Below, piece by piece: positions 52,171 through 61,161 of a DNA stretch of 64,000 nucleotides (positions are counted from its first letter, which is position 1; the number at the start of each line of letters is the position of its first letter). The notes under the pieces are model-generated. The model was not told the DNA's origin. It worked only from the letters and a program-made list of their open reading frames with translations, and made no database searches. Both the position numbers and the translations under genes were made by a program. The stretch is from Patescibacteria group bacterium (GTDB lineage: Bacteria; Patescibacteriota; Microgenomatia; Daviesbacterales; UBA10151), in the NCBI GenBank assembly GCA_038064895.1, contig JBBTSA010000002.1:8942-72941 (forward strand). Direction: 5' to 3'.

Positions 52171-53205
52171 TTATCCACCTATCCTGCAGGCAGCTATGCT
52201 TCCTAAAAGTCCTCTGCCTGCCCCAAAACCTAAAAGCAGGGTGATTTTCCCAGGATCCAGTCTATCCTCCTGGATCAATTTCACCAGGGCCTTTGGAATT
52301 GAGGCAGAGGAAAAATTGCCGTCCTTAAAATCTTCAACTACCTGACCTGCTTTAAAACTTGGGGTCAGTCTTTCCGCGAGTGCTCTCACCATTCTACCTG
52401 AACCCTGGTGAGGCACAATATACCCAACCTCATTTGGATCTATCCCATACTTTGCCATAAACTCCCCTAATGCTTGCGGTATCCTTTCCAAAACTTGTCT
52501 GTACACTGCCGGCCCTTCCTGTCTAAATTTACCATCATGAGATCTATCCACAGGCTCATTAATGAAGGGTTCTCTGACCAATTGCCAGTTAATTGGCATT
52601 CTGATCAGGTTGGTAACTTTATCAATCATCCTACTTTCTGCTGCCAGAATATTAAAATTTACCCCCAGTATAAAACTTAAACCTGCTGCCCCATCAGAAA
52701 AAATAGTTTGAGATAAAGAAGGATCTCTCTTAATTGCTTCCTCCTCTCTTAAATCAACCAGTTTGTCTGAATATTTTTCTGATGCTAAAAAAAATACTCT
52801 CCTGCCCCGGAAAGTGTCCTCGTTTTGTTTCAAAAATACTAGGCCTCTGACAAAACCGGAGCAGGCAGCATATATATCTAATCTTCCTCCTGTCAGATGA
52901 AGTTTTCTTAATACTTCTGTTGCTACATTCACACCGATTGGGAAACTAGTGGAAACTAAAATTAAATCCACCTGATTTTCTGCTAAAACATCTTCAGCCA
53001 CTTTTAAGGCCATATCCACCACTGTCTCATCTTCTGCGGCATGAAACCGGCGCTCAATCCCGGTCTTTTGCAAAATAGATTGGGCTGTTAAAAACTGGCC
53101 GGAACTTACTTCTACCCTCCAGCTTTCAATTGTTTCGTTGGTTAAAACTAAAGCAGGCTTATAAACACCGTAGCTAACAGATGGTCTGGATTCAGCTAAA
53201 ACCAT
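52171..53205 (-). CDS. 3-oxoacyl-ACP synthase III (FabH)-like / thiolase-fold condensing enzyme
   Basis: 344 aa. Catalytic triad contexts DIYAACSGFVRGL (Cys), VPHQGSGRM (His) and GNFSSASIPKAL (Asn). Confidence 0.65.
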   Translation of the reverse strand: MVLAESRPSVSYGVYKPALVLTNETIESWRVEVSSGQFLTAQSILQKTGIERRFHAAEDETVVDMALKVAEDVLAENQVDLILVSTSFPIGVNVATEVLRKLHLTGGRLDIYAACSGFVRGLVFLKQNEDTFRGRRVFFLASEKYSDKLVDLREEEAIKRDPSLSQTIFSDGAAGLSFILGVNFNILAAESRMIDKVTNLIRMPINWQLVREPFINEPVDRSHDGKFRQEGPAVYRQVLERIPQALGEFMAKYGIDPNEVGYIVPHQGSGRMVRALAERLTPSFKAGQVVEDFKDGNFSSASIPKALVKLIQEDRLDPGKITLLLGFGAGRGLLGSIAACRIGG

Positions 53206-53275
53206 ATACTTGTTGCAATTATATCACCTACTCTGTTATACTTGACAAAAGGCCTCAAAATATGAGGCTTTTTTA

Positions 53276-53476
53276 GTGCAAATGCCCAATGTAATTGATT
53301 TTTTAAAAGAAGTTAGAGAGGAACTTACTAAAGTTGCGTGGCCCTCTCGTGATCAAATAATAAGGTATACTATTTTAGTAATAATTGTGGCTATAGTTGT
53401 AGGAATATTTTTAGGAGGTCTGGATTATATTTTGACTTTAGTTACAGCATTTATATTGGAAAACTATGGAAGATGA
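53276..53476 (+). CDS. secE: Preprotein translocase subunit SecE
   Basis: 66 aa. KEVREELTKVAWPSRDQ followed by a single TM. Position directly upstream of nusG. Confidence 0.7.
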   Translation: MQMPNVIDFLKEVREELTKVAWPSRDQIIRYTILVIIVAIVVGIFLGGLDYILTLVTAFILENYGR

Positions 53477-54245
53477 TGATCAAAAACAATTAAATACACC
53501 AACTCAGGAACCAGAACAGCCTAGTGAGGAGGCACCGAAGTCAAGTGAGCCAGAAGCAGTTGGTGAAGCTCCACAGTCCGAAGAGGTAGGAGTTTCAGAA
53601 GATACTGGTGTGGAGCAAACCCACAGCGAGGCTCAAGACACTACCCAAGAATCAGAATCTAGTGAGCCGAGTGGTGCTTCTGCCACTGACGAGGTGCCGA
53701 CTGTGAAAAAAAATGATAACCCTAATGCCAAATGGTATGTTGTGCATACCTACTCCGGCCATGAAAACAGGGTTGCTGCTGCTTTAAAACAAAGAGTTGA
53801 ATCCGAAGGTCTTGCAAGCAAAATTTTGGATATTTTGGTTCCTATGCAGGATAAAATAGAAATAAGATCGGGTAAAAAACAAACTATAAAAGAAAAAATC
53901 TTTCCGGGATATATTTTGGTTAAAATGGTATTGGATGATACCTCCTGGCTTGCTGTCAGAACCACCCAGGGTGTAACCTCATTTGTGGGGATTGGCAACA
54001 AACCTACACCTATTTCGGATGCGGAGGTTCAAACCATAGTTAAATTCACCCAGGAAGAAGCTCCTGTTTATAAACAGGTATTTGCTGTTTCGGATACTGT
54101 TAAAATAATTGACGGTCCTTTTGCGGACTTTATTGGAAAAGTAGACTCCCTTGATGAAGAAAAAGGTAAACTGCGGATTTTGGTTTCTATTTTTGGAAGG
54201 GAAACACCAGTAGAATTGGATTTCCTGCAGGTACAAAAGATATGA
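53466..54245 (+). CDS. nusG: Transcription termination/antitermination factor NusG with acidic N-terminal extension
   Basis: NGN domain KWYVVHTYSGHENRV. KOW domain VKIIDGPFADFIGKVDSLDEEKGKLRILVSIFGRETPVEL. About 85 aa of acidic low-complexity N-terminal extension. Confidence 0.85.
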   Translation: MEDDDQKQLNTPTQEPEQPSEEAPKSSEPEAVGEAPQSEEVGVSEDTGVEQTHSEAQDTTQESESSEPSGASATDEVPTVKKNDNPNAKWYVVHTYSGHENRVAAALKQRVESEGLASKILDILVPMQDKIEIRSGKKQTIKEKIFPGYILVKMVLDDTSWLAVRTTQGVTSFVGIGNKPTPISDAEVQTIVKFTQEEAPVYKQVFAVSDTVKIIDGPFADFIGKVDSLDEEKGKLRILVSIFGRETPVELDFLQVQKI

Positions 54246-54251
54246 GAATTG

Positions 54252-54359
54252 ACCTAATTGATCTAATTAACCTAATTTCTAAACAAATCCCAATGACTAA
54301 TTTTGGAAATTGGTGCTTAAGTCATTGTTTAGGTCAATTAGAAATTAGAAATTAGAAAT
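54252..54359 (+). repeat. ~110-bp AT-rich repeat element (copy 1), ends 22 nt before rplK start. Inverted partner at 62041-62157.
   Basis: ~85% identical to the reverse complement of 62041-62157. Contains the internal inverted repeat CAATGAC...GTCATTG and tandem AATTAGAAATT units. Confidence 0.75.
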
Positions 54360-54380
54360 TCAAGATTAAATGGAATAAAT

Positions 54381-54809
54381 ATGGCTCAGAAGAAAATAAA
54401 GACTTATATAAAACTTAATATCCCTGCAGCTACAGCCACGGCTGCTCCTCCTGTTGGACCTGCTTTGGGCCAGCATGGACTCCCTATAATGGAGTTTGTT
54501 AAAGCTTTTAATGAAAAGACAAAAGACAAACAGGGAAATATCTTGCCTGTAGTTATTACTGTTTATGAGGACAGAACCTTTTCTTTTATTACTAAAGAGC
54601 CTCCTGTGGCAGAGATGGTTAAAAAAACTCTTTCTCTGGAAAAAGGATCCGGTAGGGCTTTGAAAGAACCTGTGGGATCACTTAGTCAGGCCCAGGTCAG
54701 ACAAATAGCGGAAGCAAAGTTACCTGATTTAAATACTAAAGATCTGGAAGCAGCTGTAAAGATTGTTGAAGGAACAGCCAAAAGTATGGGGGTAAAGATA
54801 CAAGTATAA
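54381..54809 (+). CDS. rplK: 50S ribosomal protein L11
   Basis: 142 aa. PPVGPALGQHGLPIMEFVKAFNEKT signature. Confidence 0.9.
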   Translation: MAQKKIKTYIKLNIPAATATAAPPVGPALGQHGLPIMEFVKAFNEKTKDKQGNILPVVITVYEDRTFSFITKEPPVAEMVKKTLSLEKGSGRALKEPVGSLSQAQVRQIAEAKLPDLNTKDLEAAVKIVEGTAKSMGVKIQV

Positions 54810-54943
54810 GTACCAAGTATCCAAATAACAAGTACCAAACAATGACCAAATTCTAAAATTTTAAATTTAAATATTGGTTATTAGAATTTGTTTGGATACT
54901 TGGAAAACTTGGATCTTGGAATTTACGACTGAAAGGAGTAATT

Positions 54944-55882
54944 GTGGGTAAAACAAAGATTAAAACAATTGATGATTCTGCTCCAGTGGAGGGAGAAAAG
55001 GAAAAAACTTCTAATAAACCAAGAAAGACTGCGAAGTCTGAAGTCGACAAAGTAATCGGTGAAGTTGAGAGTGCTCCAAAGGAAGTCTCTGATGCCGATG
55101 AAGCGAGGGGTGACAGCGAGGAGGGTTCCCGACGCGTAGCCGCAGCGAGTGAAACGAGCGAGGATGCACGGCGGGACACCGAGCTGGCAGGACCCCGAGC
55201 GCAGAAGAAATCTCAGAAGCCAGGCAAAGCCAAGCCAAGATCCAAGAAATACCAGGAAGTTTTCAAAGATTTGGACCGCACAAAATCCTATCCCCTGGAT
55301 GAAGCAGTTGACATGGTTAAAAAATTATCCTATGCTAAATTTAATGCCACCATAGAGGCTCACATAAACACGGTGCAAACAGGGCTTCGCGGTTTTGTCT
55401 CCTTACCTTATGCATCGGGTAAAAAAATTCGCATCCTAGCCTTCGGAAAAGGCGCTGAGCAATCTGGCGCGGATAAAGTTGGTACTGATGAGGTAATTGA
55501 GGATATTATTAAAGGTAAAGTTGATTTTGATTTAGTTGTAACTACCCCAGAATGGATGGCAAAGCTTGCCAAACTAGCCAAAGTTTTAGGCCCAAAAGGT
55601 CTTATGCCAAATCCTAAAAGTGGAACTATAACTGCTGATATTAAAAAGGCAGTTGAGAGTTTCCAGGCAGGAAAAACTGAATATGGATTTAAACAAGTTT
55701 ATAAAACAGAAGCCAAAACACCTGTTATTCATCTTGCCTTAGGCAAAATAAACCAACCTACAGATGAGCTGACACAGAATATTAAAGTCTTATTATCCAC
55801 CTTGGGAAAAACCAAAATCAAAAGAGTCTCCCTATCTCCTACCATGGGCCCATCAGTGAAACTGGATTTGAATTCAATTTAA
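54944..55882 (+). CDS. rplA: 50S ribosomal protein L1 with ~90-aa charged N-terminal extension
   Basis: GTG start with AAAGGAG RBS. Core KPRSKKYQEVFKDLDRTKSYPLDEAV...VLGPKGLMPNPKSGT matches L1. Extension contains a GC-rich segment (55110-55200). Confidence 0.85.
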   Translation: MGKTKIKTIDDSAPVEGEKEKTSNKPRKTAKSEVDKVIGEVESAPKEVSDADEARGDSEEGSRRVAAASETSEDARRDTELAGPRAQKKSQKPGKAKPRSKKYQEVFKDLDRTKSYPLDEAVDMVKKLSYAKFNATIEAHINTVQTGLRGFVSLPYASGKKIRILAFGKGAEQSGADKVGTDEVIEDIIKGKVDFDLVVTTPEWMAKLAKLAKVLGPKGLMPNPKSGTITADIKKAVESFQAGKTEYGFKQVYKTEAKTPVIHLALGKINQPTDELTQNIKVLLSTLGKTKIKRVSLSPTMGPSVKLDLNSI

Positions 55883-55888
55883 TATCCC

Positions 55889-56923
55889 CTAATTCCCTTT
55901 TCTTAAAGCCTTTTTGAGAATTAACCCCAGATCTATTTTTAGGAAGAACGCTGAAACTATTCCAAAAATTAATATAAAAACGGCTGAAAGGATATGAAAA
56001 AGTACAGTCATGGCTGAAGCTAAATTAGCTCCTATTCCAAATACTCCTGATAGAATCAGCAGACCGGAAGCCTCTGCAGATCCTACATATCCCGGTGCAG
56101 CAGGAATAAGATAAGTTAGTGCGGATAAAAGCTGGCCTAAGTACATTTTTAAAAAGTTTTGAGGAAATCCCAAAGCTATAAAAGTAAAATACCAGATATA
56201 AGCATCCGCAATGTATCCTAAAACTGTAAATAAAGAAAGCAAAAATAAATCCCTGGGATGCCTTTTAAGTATACTAAAGGATTCTAAAATGAAAATACTA
56301 AATCTATCAAAATATATCTTAATATCATTAAATATTAATAGATGCTTCAAAAAACCGATCATTTTTCTCGTAAAAGTTATCTGAAATATAGCAAAATAGG
56401 TTAAAACTAAAGCTGTTGCAAATATAATTGTTATGAAAATTATAATATTTATATCCAAGGCTGTTGGAATAAGCAGTAAAAGTACTGCTGCTAAAAGTAA
56501 GACTACTAAAAAATCAACAAATCTGTCCAAAAAAACCCAGATAACTGACTTTGCAAGAGGTAGGCCAAAACGGGTATTTAAATAAATACCTTTTGCTATT
56601 TCTCCTGCCCTGATTGGAATATAAAAGTTTAGCATCATTGCCACTCCATTTAGAAATATTAGATCCTTAAGAGCAATATCTTTAATATTTTTTAAAAAAA
56701 TTTTTAACCGAATCGCCCGAATTACAGGTGACGCTAACATAAACAGGAAGACTGGTATCAAATTTAAAAATTTAAGATTTGAAAGGGTTGAAAAAATTTC
56801 TTCCAAATCAACAAACTGAAACCAAATTAGGATTAAAATCAAGCCTATTGCACTGTTTATAAAAATCCCTCTTAATGTTTTCATTGAAAATATGGCATCT
56901 ATTAATATACACTTAATATACAC
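55889..56923 (-). CDS. Polytopic membrane protein, flippase-like / UPF0104 (LPG-synthase TM domain) family (tentative)
   Basis: 344 aa, ~8 TM helices. RAIRLKIFL and IPIRAGEIAKG motifs reminiscent of PF03706. Confidence 0.45.
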   Translation of the reverse strand: MYIKCILIDAIFSMKTLRGIFINSAIGLILILIWFQFVDLEEIFSTLSNLKFLNLIPVFLFMLASPVIRAIRLKIFLKNIKDIALKDLIFLNGVAMMLNFYIPIRAGEIAKGIYLNTRFGLPLAKSVIWVFLDRFVDFLVVLLLAAVLLLLIPTALDINIIIFITIIFATALVLTYFAIFQITFTRKMIGFLKHLLIFNDIKIYFDRFSIFILESFSILKRHPRDLFLLSLFTVLGYIADAYIWYFTFIALGFPQNFLKMYLGQLLSALTYLIPAAPGYVGSAEASGLLILSGVFGIGANLASAMTVLFHILSAVFILIFGIVSAFFLKIDLGLILKKALRKGN

Positions 56924-56930
56924 TATTTAT

Positions 56931-57743
56931 ATGTTTTCATCTTTGAGAATGCGAATTATTTTGGGAATATATATATTTATCATTATCTCCATTCCAATTG
57001 GGGCATACCTTGCATCAGAGCAAACTATCTTCAAAGGCAAAGCCCAGGAGAAAAAAACTATAACAAAACCCCCTTCCAGTCCTAAAGCATCGCCCGCAAA
57101 GAATTTAAATGATCTTTCGGAAGGTACAGAAGATAAAGAAAGCATAGCTACCTCTTTTGGCCCAACGCTAAGTTTAAAAGTAGCCCTTGAAGGAAGACCC
57201 AAGGATAAACAGTCAGGCAAATTATTTGTTGGTATCATAGAGGGTTTGGTAAGTTTGAACCCAAAATTCTTACTTAGCTTCACTATAGATGTTCCTGCAG
57301 GAGGAGAATACAGCGGTTTATCCCTGGCAGGATTAACCCCGGGGACACGCTATTCTGCTTTACTTAAGGGTCCTGCGCAAATTGCATCAGCATCAGCATT
57401 TATTATGACCCCGACAGTAAGTAATTTAAATTCGGGCGATACTATAGCTTTGCTAACTGGCGATTTAAATGAGGATAACACAATAAATTCCCAGGACTAT
57501 TCCATTGCCCAAAAAGCGCAAGGCTCGACTTCTAAATCTTCAAACTGGAATGAAAATGCGGATTTTAATAAGGATGGCACAGTAAATGCATTTGATTTAG
57601 CAATCATTACTAAAAACTTCGGCAAAATTGGGGATTCGGGACCTTGGACTTCTCCTATACCAACAAAAGAAGCTTCAAAGTCGGCAGGCTTAGTTACTCC
57701 CCCAAACTCAGGCGGCTACTGGTTCTGGTTGCCAAGTTTTTAA
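56931..57743 (+). CDS. Secreted/anchored protein with C-terminal dockerin-type Ca-binding repeats
   Basis: N-terminal anchor then ASEQTIFKGKAQE (same QxIFKG[KR]A motif as the small TM proteins). Dockerin-like DLNEDNTINSQD and DFNKDGTVNAFDLAII. Confidence 0.55.
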   Translation: MFSSLRMRIILGIYIFIIISIPIGAYLASEQTIFKGKAQEKKTITKPPSSPKASPAKNLNDLSEGTEDKESIATSFGPTLSLKVALEGRPKDKQSGKLFVGIIEGLVSLNPKFLLSFTIDVPAGGEYSGLSLAGLTPGTRYSALLKGPAQIASASAFIMTPTVSNLNSGDTIALLTGDLNEDNTINSQDYSIAQKAQGSTSKSSNWNENADFNKDGTVNAFDLAIITKNFGKIGDSGPWTSPIPTKEASKSAGLVTPPNSGGYWFWLPSF

Positions 57744-57806
57744 CACGAACTTGACCACGAACTTGACCACTTGACAAATGCAAAAAAATAGGTTTAGACT
57801 AAAGAT

Positions 57807-58100
57807 ATGGATGTAAAAAGTTTGGTTTTGATGATTGATATACTAGGGATTGGTGTGGGACTTACCTCTCTTTGGGTAATAATCTCTACTTCTACTAAGG
57901 TTGGAGGTCAGGTAGGCAGCTCCTTTAACTTTGTACTTTTGGGAATTCTTTTTCAGATGGCTGCCATTATTTATACAATAATTTTTACGAGGCTTAAGCT
58001 TTTATCGGCACCTGCACTTGATATCCATCACGCCTTAATGGTCATTGGACTAATCCTTTTTGTGGTTGCTGCGAAAAAATTTTCCGATTTGTCAAGATAA
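57807..58100 (+). CDS. Small 3-TM membrane protein, immediately upstream of the soluble histidine kinase (possible sensing partner)
   Basis: 97 aa with three hydrophobic helices. 4-nt gap to the HK gene. Confidence 0.4.
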   Translation: MDVKSLVLMIDILGIGVGLTSLWVIISTSTKVGGQVGSSFNFVLLGILFQMAAIIYTIIFTRLKLLSAPALDIHHALMVIGLILFVVAAKKFSDLSR

Positions 58101-58103
58101 TGT

Positions 58104-59708
58104 ATGTTCCTGCCCTCATTTCTACGAAGGAAAGGCCCAAATAATGGGCTCGAAGAAAAGTCCAATCAACAAGACTTGCTCCCTCCACTTGTAGAATTTG
58201 CCTATAAATTGGGGCAGGAAAAAATTGGGGTCAAAATCAATACCTTAGGCTCAAAGCCAAGCAGTCAATCCTCAAGAGAGGCTCTCCCGCAATACATTAA
58301 GCATGTTTATGACCTTTTGGCAATAAGTCTTGGACCGCAAGTTGCAAGAGAGTTATTTGAATCTCAACTGACACTTTTTAAAAAGACATACGGAGTAAAT
58401 CAGAAGTATTTTGAGCTCCTTAAAGAGTTGCCAATTCCGGTCATGGGAGCAGAAAGACTTGCTGTTTTAAATAGGGCTGAACTTGAAAATGAACTTAAGC
58501 TTCGTATCAAAGAGTTAGAAGAAATTAAGGCCAATCTTGAAAAAACCGTTTTGGAGCGAACCAAAACAATAACCGCTGAAAGAAATAAATTATCCCTTAT
58601 TCTCTCCGGCATTACAGATGCAGTAATAGCTTTGGATCTAAACCGAAGCGTTGTTACGTTCAACAGGGGTGCAGAGCGCCTAATCGGTATTTCTCAGCAA
58701 GATGCCTTGGGCAAACCAATAAGTAACCTGATCAAGTTTTTTTCCAAAGACAGAGAGATGTTTACTCAAGAATATACCCCTTTTAGAGGAGACGGTTTTG
58801 AAGGAGAAACACTAAATCTTGAAGGCTTAAAAATAAAAAGTTTCAATGGGAAGGAAGTCTTTGTTAATTTAAGAGTAGGACAAATCAGGGAAGGTCCATT
58901 TGTAAATTTGGGTTGTATTTTAACTTTACATGATGTAACGCAAGAAAAGAAGCTTGAGGAAATGAAACTTGATTTTGTATCCATGGCTGCTCACGAGTTG
59001 CGTACTCCCTTAACTGCACTTAAAGGATACATATATGTTTTTTCAAAAAATCTTATCAACGTTTTAAATGAGCAACAAAAAACCTACCTTTTAAGGATGA
59101 ATATTGCAAGCCAAAGGCTTATTGCATTGGTTGAAAATCTTTTAAATGTTTCAAGAATTGAAAGGGGAAGTTTAACGCTTCATTTGGAGGAAGTTGATTG
59201 GGTTGGAAATGTAAAAGCAACTGTTTCAGAACTTTTAGATGAAGTCAGAGAGAAAAATCAGGAGCTTGCAATAATTGAGCCTACAAAACCTTTGCCGAAA
59301 GTGAAAGTTGATAAATTCAGAATGAACGAGGTATTATCAAACCTTCTTTCAAATGCCATATCATATACCCCAACAGGTGGTAAAATTAAAGTATGGTTTG
59401 ACTGCTCTCCTGATGAGGTTATAACTTATGTTGAAGATAATGGCCAGGGTATTCCAAAAGAAGCTCTGCCTCATCTTTTTACAAAATTCTTTAGGGTTTC
59501 AGGAGTGTTGGAACAGGGCTCAAAAGGCACGGGACTGGGGCTTTATATTGCAAAATCTATTGTTGATCTGCACAAAGGCAAAATACGGGCTACCTCTGAA
59601 GGGTTAGGCAAAGGTTCAACTTTCAGCTTCTCAATACCTATAAAGGAGCAAGTGGTAAGTCAGATAAAAAGTATTCCTGATGGTAAAATATACATAGGAC
59701 GTATCTAA
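58104..59708 (+). CDS. Sensor histidine kinase (PAS + HisKA + HATPase_c), no TM segment
   Basis: H-box FVSMAAHELRTPLTAL, N-box LLSNAISYT, G-boxes DNGQGIP and GTGLGLYIAKSIV. PAS-like region ITDAVIALDLNRSVVTFNRGAERLIGIS. Confidence 0.85.
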   Translation: MFLPSFLRRKGPNNGLEEKSNQQDLLPPLVEFAYKLGQEKIGVKINTLGSKPSSQSSREALPQYIKHVYDLLAISLGPQVARELFESQLTLFKKTYGVNQKYFELLKELPIPVMGAERLAVLNRAELENELKLRIKELEEIKANLEKTVLERTKTITAERNKLSLILSGITDAVIALDLNRSVVTFNRGAERLIGISQQDALGKPISNLIKFFSKDREMFTQEYTPFRGDGFEGETLNLEGLKIKSFNGKEVFVNLRVGQIREGPFVNLGCILTLHDVTQEKKLEEMKLDFVSMAAHELRTPLTALKGYIYVFSKNLINVLNEQQKTYLLRMNIASQRLIALVENLLNVSRIERGSLTLHLEEVDWVGNVKATVSELLDEVREKNQELAIIEPTKPLPKVKVDKFRMNEVLSNLLSNAISYTPTGGKIKVWFDCSPDEVITYVEDNGQGIPKEALPHLFTKFFRVSGVLEQGSKGTGLGLYIAKSIVDLHKGKIRATSEGLGKGSTFSFSIPIKEQVVSQIKSIPDGKIYIGRI

Positions 59709-59714
59709 AATAAA

Positions 59715-60131
59715 ATGAACAATGGTAAAAAGGTACTGCTTATTGAAGATGAATTCTTCATAAGTGACTTATACAAACATATTTTATCCGATGCAGGAAT
59801 TAGGGTAGAAGTAGCAGAAGATGGTGAGCAGGCTTTACAAAAATCAAAGGCTGATAATATTGGTTTAATACTGTTGGATATCATGCTGCCAGGGCTTAAT
59901 GGCATTGAAGTTTTAAAAAAATTAAAAGAAGATCCCCTGTACCGAACAATTCCTGTTGTGCTTCTTACAAATTTAGTACAATCATCTGTTGTGAAACTTG
60001 CTTATAACCTAGGAGCTTCCGGATATCTTTTAAAGGTCAGTTTAAAACCAGAGGACCTTGTAAGATGTGTTCAAGATTATTTCAAAAACCCAAATCTCAA
60101 GATGAGGTATGAGACTTTGGATTTGGATTAG
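59715..60131 (+). CDS. Single-domain response regulator (CheY-like receiver only)
   Basis: 138 aa. LLIEDEF...D(57) in LILLDIMLPGLNG...KVSLK. No output domain. Confidence 0.8.
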   Translation: MNNGKKVLLIEDEFFISDLYKHILSDAGIRVEVAEDGEQALQKSKADNIGLILLDIMLPGLNGIEVLKKLKEDPLYRTIPVVLLTNLVQSSVVKLAYNLGASGYLLKVSLKPEDLVRCVQDYFKNPNLKMRYETLDLD

Positions 60132-60137
60132 CCAATC

Positions 60138-60545
60138 ATGGATAAAAAAATACTTTTGATTGAGGATGATGATTTAATAAGACAGCTTTATGCGGATCAG
60201 ATGAGGGCAGCTGGCTTAGAAGTTTTTGATTTCCCTGATGGAAAATCAGGGCTTGCGGCCTTAAGACAGCAAAAGTATGACCTTATACTTTTGGATATAA
60301 TGCTTCCTGACATCAATGGTTTGGAAATTTTAAAGCAAATTAAACAAGATAATGGATTAAAATCCATCCCTGTTGTGCTTCTTACAAATTTAGGACAGGA
60401 TACTATTATAAAGGAAGGATTTAAACTGGGAGCTGATGCATATCTTATAAAGCTTGCTTATAATACTGACCAGATTATAACAGAGGTTAAAAATATATTA
60501 GCAGGCCAAATGCCCCAAAAACCCCAAGAGTTGACCCCGATTTAA
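60138..60545 (+). CDS. Single-domain response regulator (receiver only), paralogue of previous
   Basis: 135 aa. ILLIEDDD...LILLDIMLPDINGLEILKQIK...PVVLLTNLGQD. Confidence 0.8.
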   Translation: MDKKILLIEDDDLIRQLYADQMRAAGLEVFDFPDGKSGLAALRQQKYDLILLDIMLPDINGLEILKQIKQDNGLKSIPVVLLTNLGQDTIIKEGFKLGADAYLIKLAYNTDQIITEVKNILAGQMPQKPQELTPI

Positions 60546-60630
60546 TCGTGGTTGACAAACCAGTAAGTTTTGGATAGAATAGTTTTGCTTAAGACAGTAG
60601 GTGCCTAACTAAGTCCTACCGAGGCAAAAA

Positions 60631-61161
60631 ATGCCAAAAACAAGACAACAAAAAGAGAAAGAGGTTAAATCTTTATCAGATAAGCTTTCTAGAGCCAAGT
60701 CTGTTGTTTTTGCTGACTTTCGAGGCTTAAGTATGAAATATTTATCAGCGCTTCGTAATCAGCTGCGTGACCAGCAAGCAGAGTTTACCATCACTAAAAA
60801 TACTCTACTTAAACGTGCCCTTCCAGCATCCAACTTCCAACTTCCAACTTCCAGCCTAGAGGGTCCTACAGCAGCGCTCTTTGCTTATGATGATGAAATC
60901 TCTCCAATTAAAATTTTGGTTAAAACCTTAAAAGATACAGGGTTTGGTAAGGTCAAAATGGGTTTTTTAGGTCCAGATTCACTTGATGAAGCCAAAATCT
61001 TACAGCTTGCCACCCTACCTACAAAGATTGAATTAAGAGGTCAGACAGTAGGAGTTTTAGCTGCTCCACTACAAGGAATGGTAGGAGTACTTATGGGGAA
61101 TATACGTAATCTAGCATATGCATTAGATCAGATTCGTTTACAGAAAGGGGGTGTTTCGTAA
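60631..61161 (+). CDS. rplJ: 50S ribosomal protein L10
   Basis: 176 aa. [42 protein letters not shown] matches L10. Contains a (TCCAACT)x3 heptamer tract. Confidence 0.85.
   Translation: MPKTRQQKEKEVKSLSDKLSRAKSVVFADFRGLSMKYLSALRNQLRDQQAEFTITKNTLLKRALPASNFQLPTSSLEGPTAALFAYDDEISPIKILVKTLKDTGFGKVKMGFLGPDSLDEAKILQLATLPTKIELRGQTVGVLAAPLQGMVGVLMGNIRNLAYALDQIRLQKGGVS

Noticed and set aside
53249-53275. Hairpin GCCTCAAAATATGAGGC + T6 immediately upstream of secE, as an intrinsic terminator
   Set aside because: On the plus strand there is no upstream co-directional gene to terminate. It may be an attenuator or leader structure, or a minus-strand terminator for the KAS-III gene. Too ambiguous to call.
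54330-54360. Short tandem AATTAGAAATT units (also 62040-62160) that superficially resemble a CRISPR array
   Set aside because: Only 2-3 units of ~8-11 bp and no spacers of 25-40 bp. They are part of the ~110-bp AT-rich repeat element.
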